IMG/VR virus record: IMGVR_UViG_3300020202_000061
Location: 248,001-312,000 of that record
Length of the DNA stretch: 64,000 nt
Reading direction: 5' to 3' (one strand)
The notes beneath the pieces are model-generated. The model was given only the letters and a program-made list of their open reading frames with translations, had not been told where the DNA came from and did not search any database. A program made the position numbers and the translations under genes. The stretch's first letter is position 1, and every line of letters starts with the position of its first letter. Shown here in pieces: positions 36,571 through 44,528 of this stretch.

Positions 36571-37352
36571 TGTTCTACGTGATCCAGAGGAATCTTCTGA
36601 ATGAGGCGGACTTTGCCCGTCTGGTCGAGGCGGTAACCCGCTATGATCTGGATCATTGTTTTGTCGATATCATCCCGTTCACGAGCAGCCTCCAGGAGGA
36701 GATCGAACCGAAGCAGCCCTGCATGATCTTCGGTTCGACTACGTTGGCCAGGATCGCATCCGAGCGCGATTGGACTCCGGGATCATTCCTGAATGAGAAT
36801 CATGACGCACGTGTTTGGATTCCCGCTTATGGACCACATGCGTTGAACGCGGATGCGATCTTCTGCACATTCGGTGATGTCCCGGAACAATGGGACCCCT
36901 TCTTCATCCGTCCCTGCTTGGACTCGAAGAGCTTTACCGGAGAAGTATTGGACCGTAAGGAATTCGCGGAATGGCAGGACAAGGTTTTGCGTAGTGGAGC
37001 GACCATCGACGGGAATACCCCGGTAATGATCGCTGAGCCCACTCAGATCAATGCGGAGTACCGTTTCTTCATCGTAGATGGTCAGGTCATTACCGGGTCC
37101 ATCTACAAGCTCGACGGCCGAGCCATGACGCTACCCTGGAACCGCAACACCACTGTTCCGCTCGACACGGATGTCACAGAGTTTGCGAGGGAGCGAGCCG
37201 CCCAATGGAGTCCAGCCCGTGGATATGTGCTGGACATCGCACGTACGCCCATGGGGTTGAAGGTGATCGAGATCAACAACCTGAACAGTGCGGGATTCTA
37301 CAAGTCAGATATCAGTCTGATCCTGCAAGCCATCGAGGTCATGGAATGGTGA
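36567..37352 (+). CDS. ATP-grasp protein, R2K clade
   Basis: FGST, LN, FFIRP..D.KSFTG, EYRFFIV.G, VLDIA....KVIEIN..N.AGFY. Confidence 0.85.
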   Translation: MMFYVIQRNLLNEADFARLVEAVTRYDLDHCFVDIIPFTSSLQEEIEPKQPCMIFGSTTLARIASERDWTPGSFLNENHDARVWIPAYGPHALNADAIFCTFGDVPEQWDPFFIRPCLDSKSFTGEVLDRKEFAEWQDKVLRSGATIDGNTPVMIAEPTQINAEYRFFIVDGQVITGSIYKLDGRAMTLPWNRNTTVPLDTDVTEFARERAAQWSPARGYVLDIARTPMGLKVIEINNLNSAGFYKSDISLILQAIEVMEW

Positions 37353-37942
37353 AGAAGATTGATCGATCCTGGACGTTCAACGGACGTTATCACGATGAGA
37401 CCTACCATATCACCGTGAAGAAACTTCCGGAAGAACTCGATCAGAAGCACCTGAAAGGGTTGCTCACGCTCTATGTGCATCGTCTGCGTGAGTTCTATGG
37501 AGACGGTACCTATCCGGTGAGTTCGAAAATTGGCTATGGTTTGCGAGACCTCGGTCTGGTCGAGCAGGCCGGGAATGCATGGAATTCGTATCTGGTCTGG
37601 TCCCCACAGGTTAAGAGGTTCATGGAGGCACGTCAGCGGAAGTGCACGCATGAATGGAGGCGTTGTCACATTCCGAGTGTCTACCTCAGGGAAATATACT
37701 GCAAACACTGCGGGAAGAACTTGCCCGAGAACAAGCGGACCATCAACCCGTATGAGGTTCGCGACCTCCTGGGCGAGCACTACAATCACACCTTCAAGAG
37801 AGCAGTGGATGTGCTCTGGAACGATCCACTGCCGTTGCGTGAGCGCAAGGCCAAGCTTCAAGAGTGGGCCACTCAGGTAAAGCAGAAGAACGAATCCTAC
37901 AAGCACAGCAAGCACGAATCTCGTGCCGAATACGGAGCCTGA
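37346..37942 (+). CDS. hypothetical protein with Zn ribbon
   Basis: C.HEW...YCKHCGK. Confidence 0.7.
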   Translation: MVKKIDRSWTFNGRYHDETYHITVKKLPEELDQKHLKGLLTLYVHRLREFYGDGTYPVSSKIGYGLRDLGLVEQAGNAWNSYLVWSPQVKRFMEARQRKCTHEWRRCHIPSVYLREIYCKHCGKNLPENKRTINPYEVRDLLGEHYNHTFKRAVDVLWNDPLPLRERKAKLQEWATQVKQKNESYKHSKHESRAEYGA

Positions 37943-37944
37943 TC

Positions 37945-38268
37945 ATGGACAACAGAATGACCTGGGAAGAGATAGGCGAAATCTTCGGGGGTAAGCTCAT
38001 CCCGATGGATGTGGCCAAACTCATCTACGAGGATAAGCACGATCTCACATCAGAGCAACTCCGCGATAAGCTCAAGGGGATCGCTGCGACTCGTGAACAC
38101 TTCCAGAGCTACACGGACTGGGACTATCTGACCTCATTGGCCGAGAGCATCGGCAAGAACCGGGCGGGGGAGTTCAACAAGTACGACACGGGTCGTCTCC
38201 TGGAGATCGCGCGTCGAATCAATCCTCAGCACTTTGTCGTGCCCAAGAAAGAAGGGATGCGCTGCTAG
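37945..38268 (+). CDS. hypothetical protein
   Basis: SD GGAG. Confidence 0.7.
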   Translation: MDNRMTWEEIGEIFGGKLIPMDVAKLIYEDKHDLTSEQLRDKLKGIAATREHFQSYTDWDYLTSLAESIGKNRAGEFNKYDTGRLLEIARRINPQHFVVPKKEGMRC

Positions 38269-38663
38269 ACCACCCAGGTCTGGCTGGGGGTGTGGAAGTC
38301 GCGCTTGCGGATGACCGTCTTGGCGATGATCTTCAAACGGCGGTCACGGCGATCCACATCCAGGACGAATGGCACATTCAGGTCGTTCCGGGTGTCCTTG
38401 AACACGCCCTGAGCGCCCGGCTCCAATAGAGCGATCTGACGCCCGTGCTGGGCGATCTCCTGCTGGAATAGATGGATGATCTCCTGAACGCCTATAGGAG
38501 CCTTGTTGCGGGCGTCCCCAAGGCGTTCCTTCCAATGCCGGGACATAACCAGCCCCAAGCCCACAGCCTGCCACAGGCGATCCAGATAGCGCTCCAACTG
38601 AGTCAGCCCGGACGCACCGAGGTTGCTCATTGGATTATCTTCGAGGAGAGCCAGCAATCGCAT
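38265..38663 (-). CDS. late protein, possible internal head protein
   Basis: TAAATA 4 nt upstream of the ATG; N-terminus MRLLALLE; H..ERL.D.RN, KT..RK motifs. Confidence 0.75.
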   Translation of the reverse strand: MRLLALLEDNPMSNLGASGLTQLERYLDRLWQAVGLGLVMSRHWKERLGDARNKAPIGVQEIIHLFQQEIAQHGRQIALLEPGAQGVFKDTRNDLNVPFVLDVDRRDRRLKIIAKTVIRKRDFHTPSQTWVV

Positions 38664-38673
38664 GGAAATATTT

Positions 38674-38827
38674 AGGCCCCCTGAAGAGGAGGGCTTCAGG
38701 GGGCCTTATGGCCGTCAGCGGAAAGCTTCAGGCAGGTTCTGGGTTCTTCCTGACCGACCACCATCAACCCAGAAGGTTGGCCCGGACATCGCACACGGCC
38801 AGGAGGGCAAACTCACAGCGCGGCGAT
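38674..38827 (-). ncRNA. candidate rod-shaped sRNA with CCUCCU motifs
   Basis: Own promoter. Stems TGGCCGT/ACGGCCA and TTCTGGGTT/AACCCAGAA. Ends in a 13-bp hairpin with loop CCCTCCT. Confidence 0.55.
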
Positions 38828-38833
38828 AGGATA

Positions 38834-38862
38834 CTTATAGCAAATTCCGAGATGGTCGTCAA
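38834..38862 (-). promoter_or_regulatory. sigma70-like promoter on the minus strand
   Basis: TTGACG-N17-TATAAG. Confidence 0.7.
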
Positions 38863-38897
38863 GACAATAATATCCTTAAATATCGGGGAGGTGAATT

Positions 38898-39644
38898 ATG
38901 GAGAAAACCCGCTACCGTACCGTGTTTGTTCGGGATACACACCTCGGAACCCGTGGGTGCAAAGCGGTGGAATTGGGAAATTTTCTCAGTCGGGTTCAGT
39001 GCGACACCCTCTATCTGATCGGCGACATAATCGATTTCTGGAAGTTTCGTTCCGGGTGGTATTGGCCGAAGGCTCATTCCGAGGTGATTCGTTGTCTCCT
39101 GCGTATGCGGATGGACGGAACCCGCCTGATTTACATACCGGGTAATCATGACGATCTCCTCCGTCATCTCGACGGAGTTGAGTTCGGCGGATTACGAATT
39201 GATGAATCCGTCATTCATGAGTGTCTGGACGGTCGTCGTCTCTGGATCACCCACGGAGATCAGTTCGATCCGGTGGTCCGGAACTATCCCTGGCTTGGCA
39301 TCCTCGGTACGCAACTTCTCGATTTGCTGATCCAGTTCAGTCAATGGCTGCGCAAGAACAAGCTGATTCCAAAGCTAGGCAAGTTCTCCCTGGCCAATTA
39401 CGTCGCCGACAAGGGCAAGACCAATACCCGAGTGATCGACAATTTCGAACGGGCCATTACCGCCGCGACCAAACGCAAACGCCTGGATGGTGTGGTGTGT
39501 GGTCATACCCATCAACCGAAAATTCTTGAAATTAACGAGGTTGTTTACTACAATGATGGTGATTGGGTGGAGTCGAATACTGCGCTGGTCGAGCACGTCG
39601 ATGGGCGTTTCGAATTAACATGCCCGAATGGAAGGAACGCCTGA
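38898..39644 (+). CDS. plcP: PlcP-type metallophosphoesterase (phospholipase C / LpxH-like)
   Basis: RYRT...D.HLGTRGCKA, LYLIGDIID.W, WYWP..H, YIPGNHD, HGD.FD, DGVVCGH.H, NDGDWVES.TALVEH. Confidence 0.8.
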   Translation: MEKTRYRTVFVRDTHLGTRGCKAVELGNFLSRVQCDTLYLIGDIIDFWKFRSGWYWPKAHSEVIRCLLRMRMDGTRLIYIPGNHDDLLRHLDGVEFGGLRIDESVIHECLDGRRLWITHGDQFDPVVRNYPWLGILGTQLLDLLIQFSQWLRKNKLIPKLGKFSLANYVADKGKTNTRVIDNFERAITAATKRKRLDGVVCGHTHQPKILEINEVVYYNDGDWVESNTALVEHVDGRFELTCPNGRNA

Positions 39645-39645
39645 C

Positions 39646-39759
39646 ATGGTATCGCTAATTTGTGTGATATTGTTTGCGTGGTGGCTGTGTGATCTCGGCC
39701 TTCGAATTCTGGAGCATCGTCGCCAGAACAAATTCTGGGAAACTCGTAGATCATGGTGA
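39646..39759 (+). CDS. 37-aa single-TM microprotein between plcP and agt
   Basis: MVSLICVILFAWWLCDLGLRILEHRRQNKFWETRRSW*; fills the gap and overlaps the next start. Confidence 0.5.
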   Translation: MVSLICVILFAWWLCDLGLRILEHRRQNKFWETRRSW

Positions 39760-40745
39760 AGATCGCCATCGTCACCGACGCGTGGGCTCCGCAGATCAAC
39801 GGGGTTGTCCGCACGCTCCAGGCCACGGTTGAGCACCTGCGAGCGCGAGATCATCAAGTCATGGTGATTGAGCCCTCCACATTCCACCAGATCGGTATGC
39901 CCACCTACAACGAGATCGCGATCTCATTGTTTCCGGCCGAACAAGTGCATCGTCGCCTGGACCAGTTCGAACCTGATCGGATTCACATCGCCACCGAAGG
40001 CACGCTGGGTTGGGCTGCACGCGAATATTGTGGACTTGCGGGAATCTCCTTCACGACGAGTTTCCACACGAACTTTCCCGACTACGCGTGGCATCGTATC
40101 CGATTCCCCCGAGCAATTTCCTGGGCGATCCTCCGTGCGTTCCATTCGATGGCCCGCAAGGTCCTGGTGAACACTCCGGCTATGGTGGAGGAACTCCATC
40201 GTAACGGGATCACCAACACCGCGATGTGGTCACGTGGATCGGATTTCATCGGTTACCGCAATCTTCCAGCGGACTTCGAGGTTCTCGCCCTGCCAGCACC
40301 CAGGTTTGTTTATGTGGGACGCGTGAGCGTGGAAAAGAACATCGAAGCATTCCTCGACGCGAAACTCCCCGGCACCAAGGTGGTGGTCGGGGATGGACCG
40401 GCCCGAGAGAAGCTCCAACAGAAATACCCCACGGTGCATTTCCTTGGCTACCGCACTGGTCTTGATCTGGCTGGGGCCATCAAGGCGTGCGAGGTCATGG
40501 TGTTTCCGAGCCGCACCGACACGTTCGGTTTGGTCATGATCGAGGCCATGAGCCTGGGGGTGCCCGTGGCGGCTTATCCCGTGATCGGACCCAAGGATGT
40601 GGTCGATCATGGAGTGACCGGGTTCCTCAATGAGGACCTCCGTCTGGCCGCCCTAAACTGTCTCTGGATGAAGCGTCCGATCCAGTATCCAGAACGTTTC
40701 ACCTGGGAAACCGCTACGGATCAGTTCGAGGCGGCTTTGGCGTAA
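39753..40745 (+). CDS. agt: GT4 glycosyltransferase, Agt-type diacylglycerol glycosyltransferase
   Basis: IAIVTDAW.PQ.NGVVRTL, PTY.EI, HIATEG.LG, FTTSFHT.FP.Y, WSRG, YVGRV..EKNI, VFPS.TDTFG.V..EA. Confidence 0.8.
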   Translation: MVKIAIVTDAWAPQINGVVRTLQATVEHLRARDHQVMVIEPSTFHQIGMPTYNEIAISLFPAEQVHRRLDQFEPDRIHIATEGTLGWAAREYCGLAGISFTTSFHTNFPDYAWHRIRFPRAISWAILRAFHSMARKVLVNTPAMVEELHRNGITNTAMWSRGSDFIGYRNLPADFEVLALPAPRFVYVGRVSVEKNIEAFLDAKLPGTKVVVGDGPAREKLQQKYPTVHFLGYRTGLDLAGAIKACEVMVFPSRTDTFGLVMIEAMSLGVPVAAYPVIGPKDVVDHGVTGFLNEDLRLAALNCLWMKRPIQYPERFTWETATDQFEAALA

Positions 40746-40814
40746 ATATTGGAAACCACTCGGTATTCCTGTAAAATGCTTGACATTTTCGACATTTTCG
40801 AGTATAATCCTCCG

Positions 40815-41246
40815 ATGCCGTTGAAGCTGATCCCGGACACCGATCCCGTATTGCATGAGAAGGCCGAACCCGTTCAGAACGTGAACGAGGAAGTCGAGCC
40901 CGTGCTGATGGAAATGATCGCGATCATGGTCCGCGCCGGGGGCGTCGGTTTGGCCGCGCCCCAGGTCGGAATCAAGAAGCGTTTCTTCATCATCGCCTAC
41001 GGCGGTCTGACCAACGTCTACATCAATCCGGAGATCGTCAAGTCGGAGCCCAAAACCGTCAATATGGTGGAGGGTTGCCTGAGTTATCCCGGTCAGAATC
41101 GTGAAATTGTTCGTCACGAGCGCATCCGCGTGGCCTACACCACGATCACTGGAGAGCACAAGTCTCACTACGTGAATGGGATGATGGCCCGCATCTTCCA
41201 GCACGAACTCGATCACCTTGATGGAATTGTTTTCTTGGAACGATAA
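40815..41246 (+). CDS. def: peptide deformylase
   Basis: GVGLAAPQVG, EGCLS, QHELDHLDG. Confidence 0.97.
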   Translation: MPLKLIPDTDPVLHEKAEPVQNVNEEVEPVLMEMIAIMVRAGGVGLAAPQVGIKKRFFIIAYGGLTNVYINPEIVKSEPKTVNMVEGCLSYPGQNREIVRHERIRVAYTTITGEHKSHYVNGMMARIFQHELDHLDGIVFLER

Positions 41247-41286
41247 AACTCTTGACAACCTAGGGGTCTGAGAGTATCTCGGGGTT

Positions 41287-42168
41287 ATGAGAAGAGCACA
41301 AGGCGGTCAATTCGTCTACGAGGGTGGGCAAGTCATCGGCTTGGAGTTCGGCGCGGATTACGTGGCCGAACACGAATGCGGGATCGAGGACCTACAGCAC
41401 GAATTCGGTATCCCACTGAGACCGACCTGGACCGAATTCGGAATCGAGGCTCGTCGTATCACCAATGTCCCGGAACGTCTGTCCTTGCTGGACTGGGACG
41501 CGAGGGGGACGATGCATCGAGGCATCATCTTCGACGACTACCGCTCCTACAAGCATCGCCTGGACAAGGCTCAGATCGATTCCCTGCAACTGTCCGACCC
41601 CAAGGACAACTGGTGGAGGAACTCGCCTCCGCCGGAATCCCGATTGATCACGGCTTGGAAACGAAATTCGTTTGGATTTCTCGTTCATACCGAAACGCTA
41701 GGTCGGGACATCCTCGCAATCAGTGATCTCTACGACGCGTTCCTGACCATGGACCTTGCCATGTGGGCCAGTGGTAACCAACTCAGCGGCTCCATGCTCC
41801 GTGGGGGTCTGGTCCTGGCCATCGTGAGTCGAGTGCCCGAGAAGTTTCGCGAACACCTAAAGGATCAGGATCAGAACCAACTCGCCCTGGATGAGGCCGC
41901 GCACCTGACCGGTCTGGTCCAACGTGTGAATGAGGCCCGAGGGCAGCGTCAATGGCCGGATTGGTCACCATTCGCCCATTTCTCACTACGCCCTGCATGG
42001 GTTGCGCAGAAGCAATCCGCACTGAACGGAGCCGAAACCACCTACCCGGTGTGTTTCTGGTTGAATCCGCTCGATCAGAAAAACCAGAAGGCCGGATACT
42101 ACACAGTGGAGCAACTCGATGAGTGGCTTGCCGGTCGTGGTCCGGTCTACAGAGAGGTCACCCAGTGA
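41287..42168 (+). CDS. conserved phage hypothetical protein
   Basis: GADY.AEHE.GI, FWLNP..Q, G..TVE.L..W..G.GP. Confidence 0.8.
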   Translation: MRRAQGGQFVYEGGQVIGLEFGADYVAEHECGIEDLQHEFGIPLRPTWTEFGIEARRITNVPERLSLLDWDARGTMHRGIIFDDYRSYKHRLDKAQIDSLQLSDPKDNWWRNSPPPESRLITAWKRNSFGFLVHTETLGRDILAISDLYDAFLTMDLAMWASGNQLSGSMLRGGLVLAIVSRVPEKFREHLKDQDQNQLALDEAAHLTGLVQRVNEARGQRQWPDWSPFAHFSLRPAWVAQKQSALNGAETTYPVCFWLNPLDQKNQKAGYYTVEQLDEWLAGRGPVYREVTQ

Positions 42169-42632
42169 AGGTTGAAGTCATCCACGAGGACAAGTTTTGG
42201 ATCGAGCTACCCACCCGTGACGGTAATGTCCGAGTGGATGCCATGGCTCTGTTCGAGGACCTACCGAATGTTCCGGCCGGTCAGAAGCGTCAGGAGTGGA
42301 CCACGAAGAACTTCCTCGATGACGAGCAACTGTACGCGTTGGATCAGAATGGTATTATCGAGTGGTCTGAATATTCCTGCACGTGTCGTCGTGGCCTCTG
42401 GTTCGACATGTTCCTGCGGGACCTCGGCAATGCCCTGCGCGAGAAGCGCAACCTCCACACTCATGATGGGGGGCCGAACGATTTCACCAACGCCGTGCAC
42501 TGTCTGATCGTGAGCATGATCGAGCGCGGTGTGGATGAGAAGGAACCCTGGTTCGGACAGGACTTCCTGCACGTGCAGAAGCTGCTCGAATCCATGGGTC
42601 GCCCCTGTAAGGTTGAGGAGCGCACCGAGTGA
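42165..42632 (+). CDS. hypothetical protein
   Basis: GTGA coupling. Confidence 0.7.
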   Translation: MKVEVIHEDKFWIELPTRDGNVRVDAMALFEDLPNVPAGQKRQEWTTKNFLDDEQLYALDQNGIIEWSEYSCTCRRGLWFDMFLRDLGNALREKRNLHTHDGGPNDFTNAVHCLIVSMIERGVDEKEPWFGQDFLHVQKLLESMGRPCKVEERTE

Positions 42633-42886
42633 AGTTCTACGATCCCATCCGAGAGAAGCCCAAGGTGTCTGAGTGGCATCGCGTGTTTGCGTGGTTGCCC
42701 ATCCGCATCCAGGATTATTGGGTCTGGATGGAAACCTACGAGCAACGTCTGTGTTCGTTCAGGAAACCCGATCATTACTCCACCACGTATTGGTGGGAAT
42801 TCCGCACCGTCGTGAAACCCTACGCGACCAGCCAGCCGAGGGTAATCGTCACGTCTGGTCCTTCCCAGGAATGCAGTGATTTCTGA
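42629..42886 (+). CDS. hypothetical protein
   Basis: WHR.FAWLP....WVW.E motif. Confidence 0.7.
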   Translation: MKFYDPIREKPKVSEWHRVFAWLPIRIQDYWVWMETYEQRLCSFRKPDHYSTTYWWEFRTVVKPYATSQPRVIVTSGPSQECSDF

Positions 42887-43224
42887 TGCTGGTAAACCTG
42901 ATCGATGCGCGGTCGAATCGCTACGATGTCCATTGTGATGCGGAGCTTCGACCATCCTGGTTGGACAACGGATTGCCCGGCGCAACGCAATTCCCGGTGA
43001 TCCGACCGAACACGGACATGGCCAAGCCCATGTTGTCTCTGCACATGCCCAACACCTGCTTGATCGAGATCATCAACCTCTGCCAGACCCTGGGATTTCC
43101 GGTCACCGCATATCTCTATGATCGGGGAACTCAGACCCGAATCCAGACCGAATACAAGCAGGTCGAAACCCTTCTGGAGCAGACAACCACAGAGAAAATC
43201 AACGCTCCAGAAAAAACCTCTTGA
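42886..43224 (+). CDS. hypothetical protein
   Basis: TGATG coupling. Confidence 0.7.
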   Translation: MLVNLIDARSNRYDVHCDAELRPSWLDNGLPGATQFPVIRPNTDMAKPMLSLHMPNTCLIEIINLCQTLGFPVTAYLYDRGTQTRIQTEYKQVETLLEQTTTEKINAPEKTS

Positions 43225-43249
43225 CTTCCCGAACGGTTTCCCCTAAATA
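43221..43249 (+). promoter_or_regulatory. promoter of the Arg/Lys tRNA cluster
   Basis: TTGACT-N17-TAAATA. Confidence 0.75.
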
Positions 43250-43343
43250 CCCATCACAAGCGGTGCCCAGCGGAGATGGTTGGGAGTAATTAAATGGTGA
43301 GTAATCATCAGCCGCTTCAACTTTTGAGGAACGAGTTACCACA

Positions 43344-43382
43344 ATGACCCTGATTCGACGCAAACGAAAGATTAGCGCCTAA
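43344..43382 (+). CDS. candidate leader peptide MTLIRRKRKISA
   Basis: GAGGA SD; codons CGA CGC AAA CGA AAG; followed by alternative hairpins. Confidence 0.55.
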   Translation: MTLIRRKRKISA

Positions 43383-43491
43383 TCACTCCGTCAGTCCACG
43401 GAGTGGTTCTAGGCTCCGTGGGTAATGGTACTCTCCCTAACTCCCACCTAAATCTGAGATAGGACGCCCCCACAAGGGGTTGTTGCTGTTT

Positions 43492-43568
43492 GTTCCCGTA
43501 GCTCAACTGGATAGAGCACCAGACTACGAATCTGGCGGTTGGGGGTTCGACTCCCTCCGGGAACGCCA
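43492..43568 (+). tRNA. tRNA-Arg(ACG)
   Basis: Loop CTACGAA, CCA. Confidence 0.95.
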
Positions 43569-43587
43569 CAGCACCTATCGACCACAT

Positions 43588-43664
43588 GATCCTGTAGCTC
43601 ATCGGACAAGAGCGCCGTCGTGCGAAGGCGGAGGTAGTGGGTTCGATTCCCACCTGGATCGCCA
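43588..43664 (+). tRNA. tRNA-Arg(GCG)
   Basis: Stem CCGTC/GGCGG, loop GTGCGAA, CCA. Confidence 0.9.
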
Positions 43665-43674
43665 AGTAAACCGA

Positions 43675-43750
43675 GACCCAGTAGCTCAATGGAGAGAGCA
43701 CCGTCGTTCGAAGGCGGGAGATAGAGGTTCAAGTCCTCTTTGGGTCGCTA
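43675..43750 (+). tRNA. tRNA-Arg(TCG)
   Basis: Stem CCGTC/GGCGG, loop GTTCGAA; 3' end CTA. Confidence 0.9.
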
Positions 43751-43765
43751 ACGAGGAATAGTCCC

Positions 43766-43981
43766 GTGTACAACATCAAGGAGATGGTCAAAGACAAACG
43801 CGTGAAGTTCGATTTCTACAGGGCCGGAGAACTCTGGTACATCACGGAGTGTGGCTTCCGCTTTCCGGTTCCGATCAGCGACACCGGAGATGCGGTGTTC
43901 AAGTCGGAGGATAAGGCGATCTTGTTCATGCGTTGGATCAGAAAGCACGTCGCGTCGTGTGAGGAAGGCGCGAAAGGGTAA
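43766..43981 (+). CDS. conserved phage protein within the tRNA cluster
   Basis: F..YR.G.LWY....F.FPVPI.DTGDA.F...DKA..FMRWIRK. Confidence 0.8.
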   Translation: MYNIKEMVKDKRVKFDFYRAGELWYITECGFRFPVPISDTGDAVFKSEDKAILFMRWIRKHVASCEEGAKG

Positions 43982-43988
43982 TTGGAGT

Positions 43989-44063
43989 GGGCCGGTAGCT
44001 CAGAGGCAGAGCAGCATCCTCTTAAGTTGACGGTCGTGGGTTCGATTCCCACCCGGCCCTCCA
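43989..44063 (+). tRNA. tRNA-Lys(CTT)
   Basis: Loop CTCTTAA, weak anticodon stem, U73, CCA. Confidence 0.85.
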
Positions 44064-44068
44064 AATTC

Positions 44069-44144
44069 GCCAGATTACAGTTTAGTGGTAGAACACGCGG
44101 CCGATAACCGTGGAGCGGGGGTTCGATTCCCTCATCTGGCACCA
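44069..44144 (+). tRNA. atypical tRNA-Ile(GAT) with C33
   Basis: Loop CCGATAA, 4-nt acceptor/D connector, CCA. Confidence 0.75.
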
Positions 44145-44145
44145 A

Positions 44146-44228
44146 GGGCACGGAGCTTTAGAGCCGACAGGAAAGGCAAGAGACTCTTACTCTCCCAGCA
44201 TGGGGTTCGACTCCTCCCGTGCCCGCCA
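44146..44228 (+). tRNA. 8/4-fold tRNA-like RNA, anticodon CTT
   Basis: Acceptor GGGCACGG/CCGTGCCC, 9-nt connector, D-loop GACAGGAAA, loop CTCTTAC, G73, CCA. Confidence 0.7.
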
Positions 44229-44229
44229 A

Positions 44230-44304
44230 GGTGGATTCTGTCTAATGGTAGGACGCGCGCCTGATGAGCGTGAAGTAGAGGTTCGATTCCTCTATCCACC
44301 ACCA
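44230..44304 (+). tRNA. atypical tRNA-Ile(GAT) with G37
   Basis: Loop CTGATGA, 3-nt connector, CCA. Confidence 0.8.
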
Positions 44305-44305
44305 A

Positions 44306-44381
44306 GGACCTGTAGCTGAGAGGTTTAGCGGCTGGCTTTTACCCAGCGTCAACGGGAGTTCGATTCTCTCCAGGTCCACCC
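44306..44381 (+). tRNA. tRNA-Lys(TTT)
   Basis: Stem GCTGG/CCAGC, loop CTTTTAC; 3' end CCC(A). Confidence 0.88.
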
Positions 44382-44395
44382 AGTTTCCCAGTAAT

Positions 44396-44479
44396 GGGCC
44401 GCGAGAGTATAGCAGTACAGGAATCTGCACCGGGCTTTTAATCCGGCCTCAAGGGGTTCGACTCCTCCGTGGCTCGCCA
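44396..44479 (+). tRNA. 8/4-fold tRNA-like RNA with irregular anticodon loop (TTA-like)
   Basis: Acceptor GGGCCGCG/CGTGGCTC, 8-nt connector, D-loop TACAGGAAT, CCGG-GCTTTAAT-CCGG, G73, CCA. Confidence 0.65.
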
Positions 44480-44483
44480 ATTG

Positions 44484-44527
44484 AAAAACCCCCGAAGTTT
44501 CCCATCTTGGAAACACGGGGGTTTTCT
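44484..44527 (+). terminator. terminator ending the tRNA cluster
   Basis: AAAACCCCCG...GTTTCC-CATCTT-GGAAAC...CGGGGGTTTT. Confidence 0.7.
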
Positions 44528-44528
44528 C

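Noticed and set aside
38709-38801. SRP (4.5S) RNA similarity (GCCAACC, GGUCAGG)
   Set aside because: Lacks the conserved helix-8 GNRA loop and AGCAG motif.
38855-38880. PHO box upstream of plcP
   Set aside because: Only one weak GTCA half-site, and it belongs to the divergent -35 element.
43260-43490. tmRNA interpretation of the tRNA-cluster leader (GATTCGAC word, short ORF ending in Ala)
   Set aside because: No T-arm or acceptor end with G3-U70 and CCA; the ORF has its own ATG and SD. A Rfam scan would settle it.
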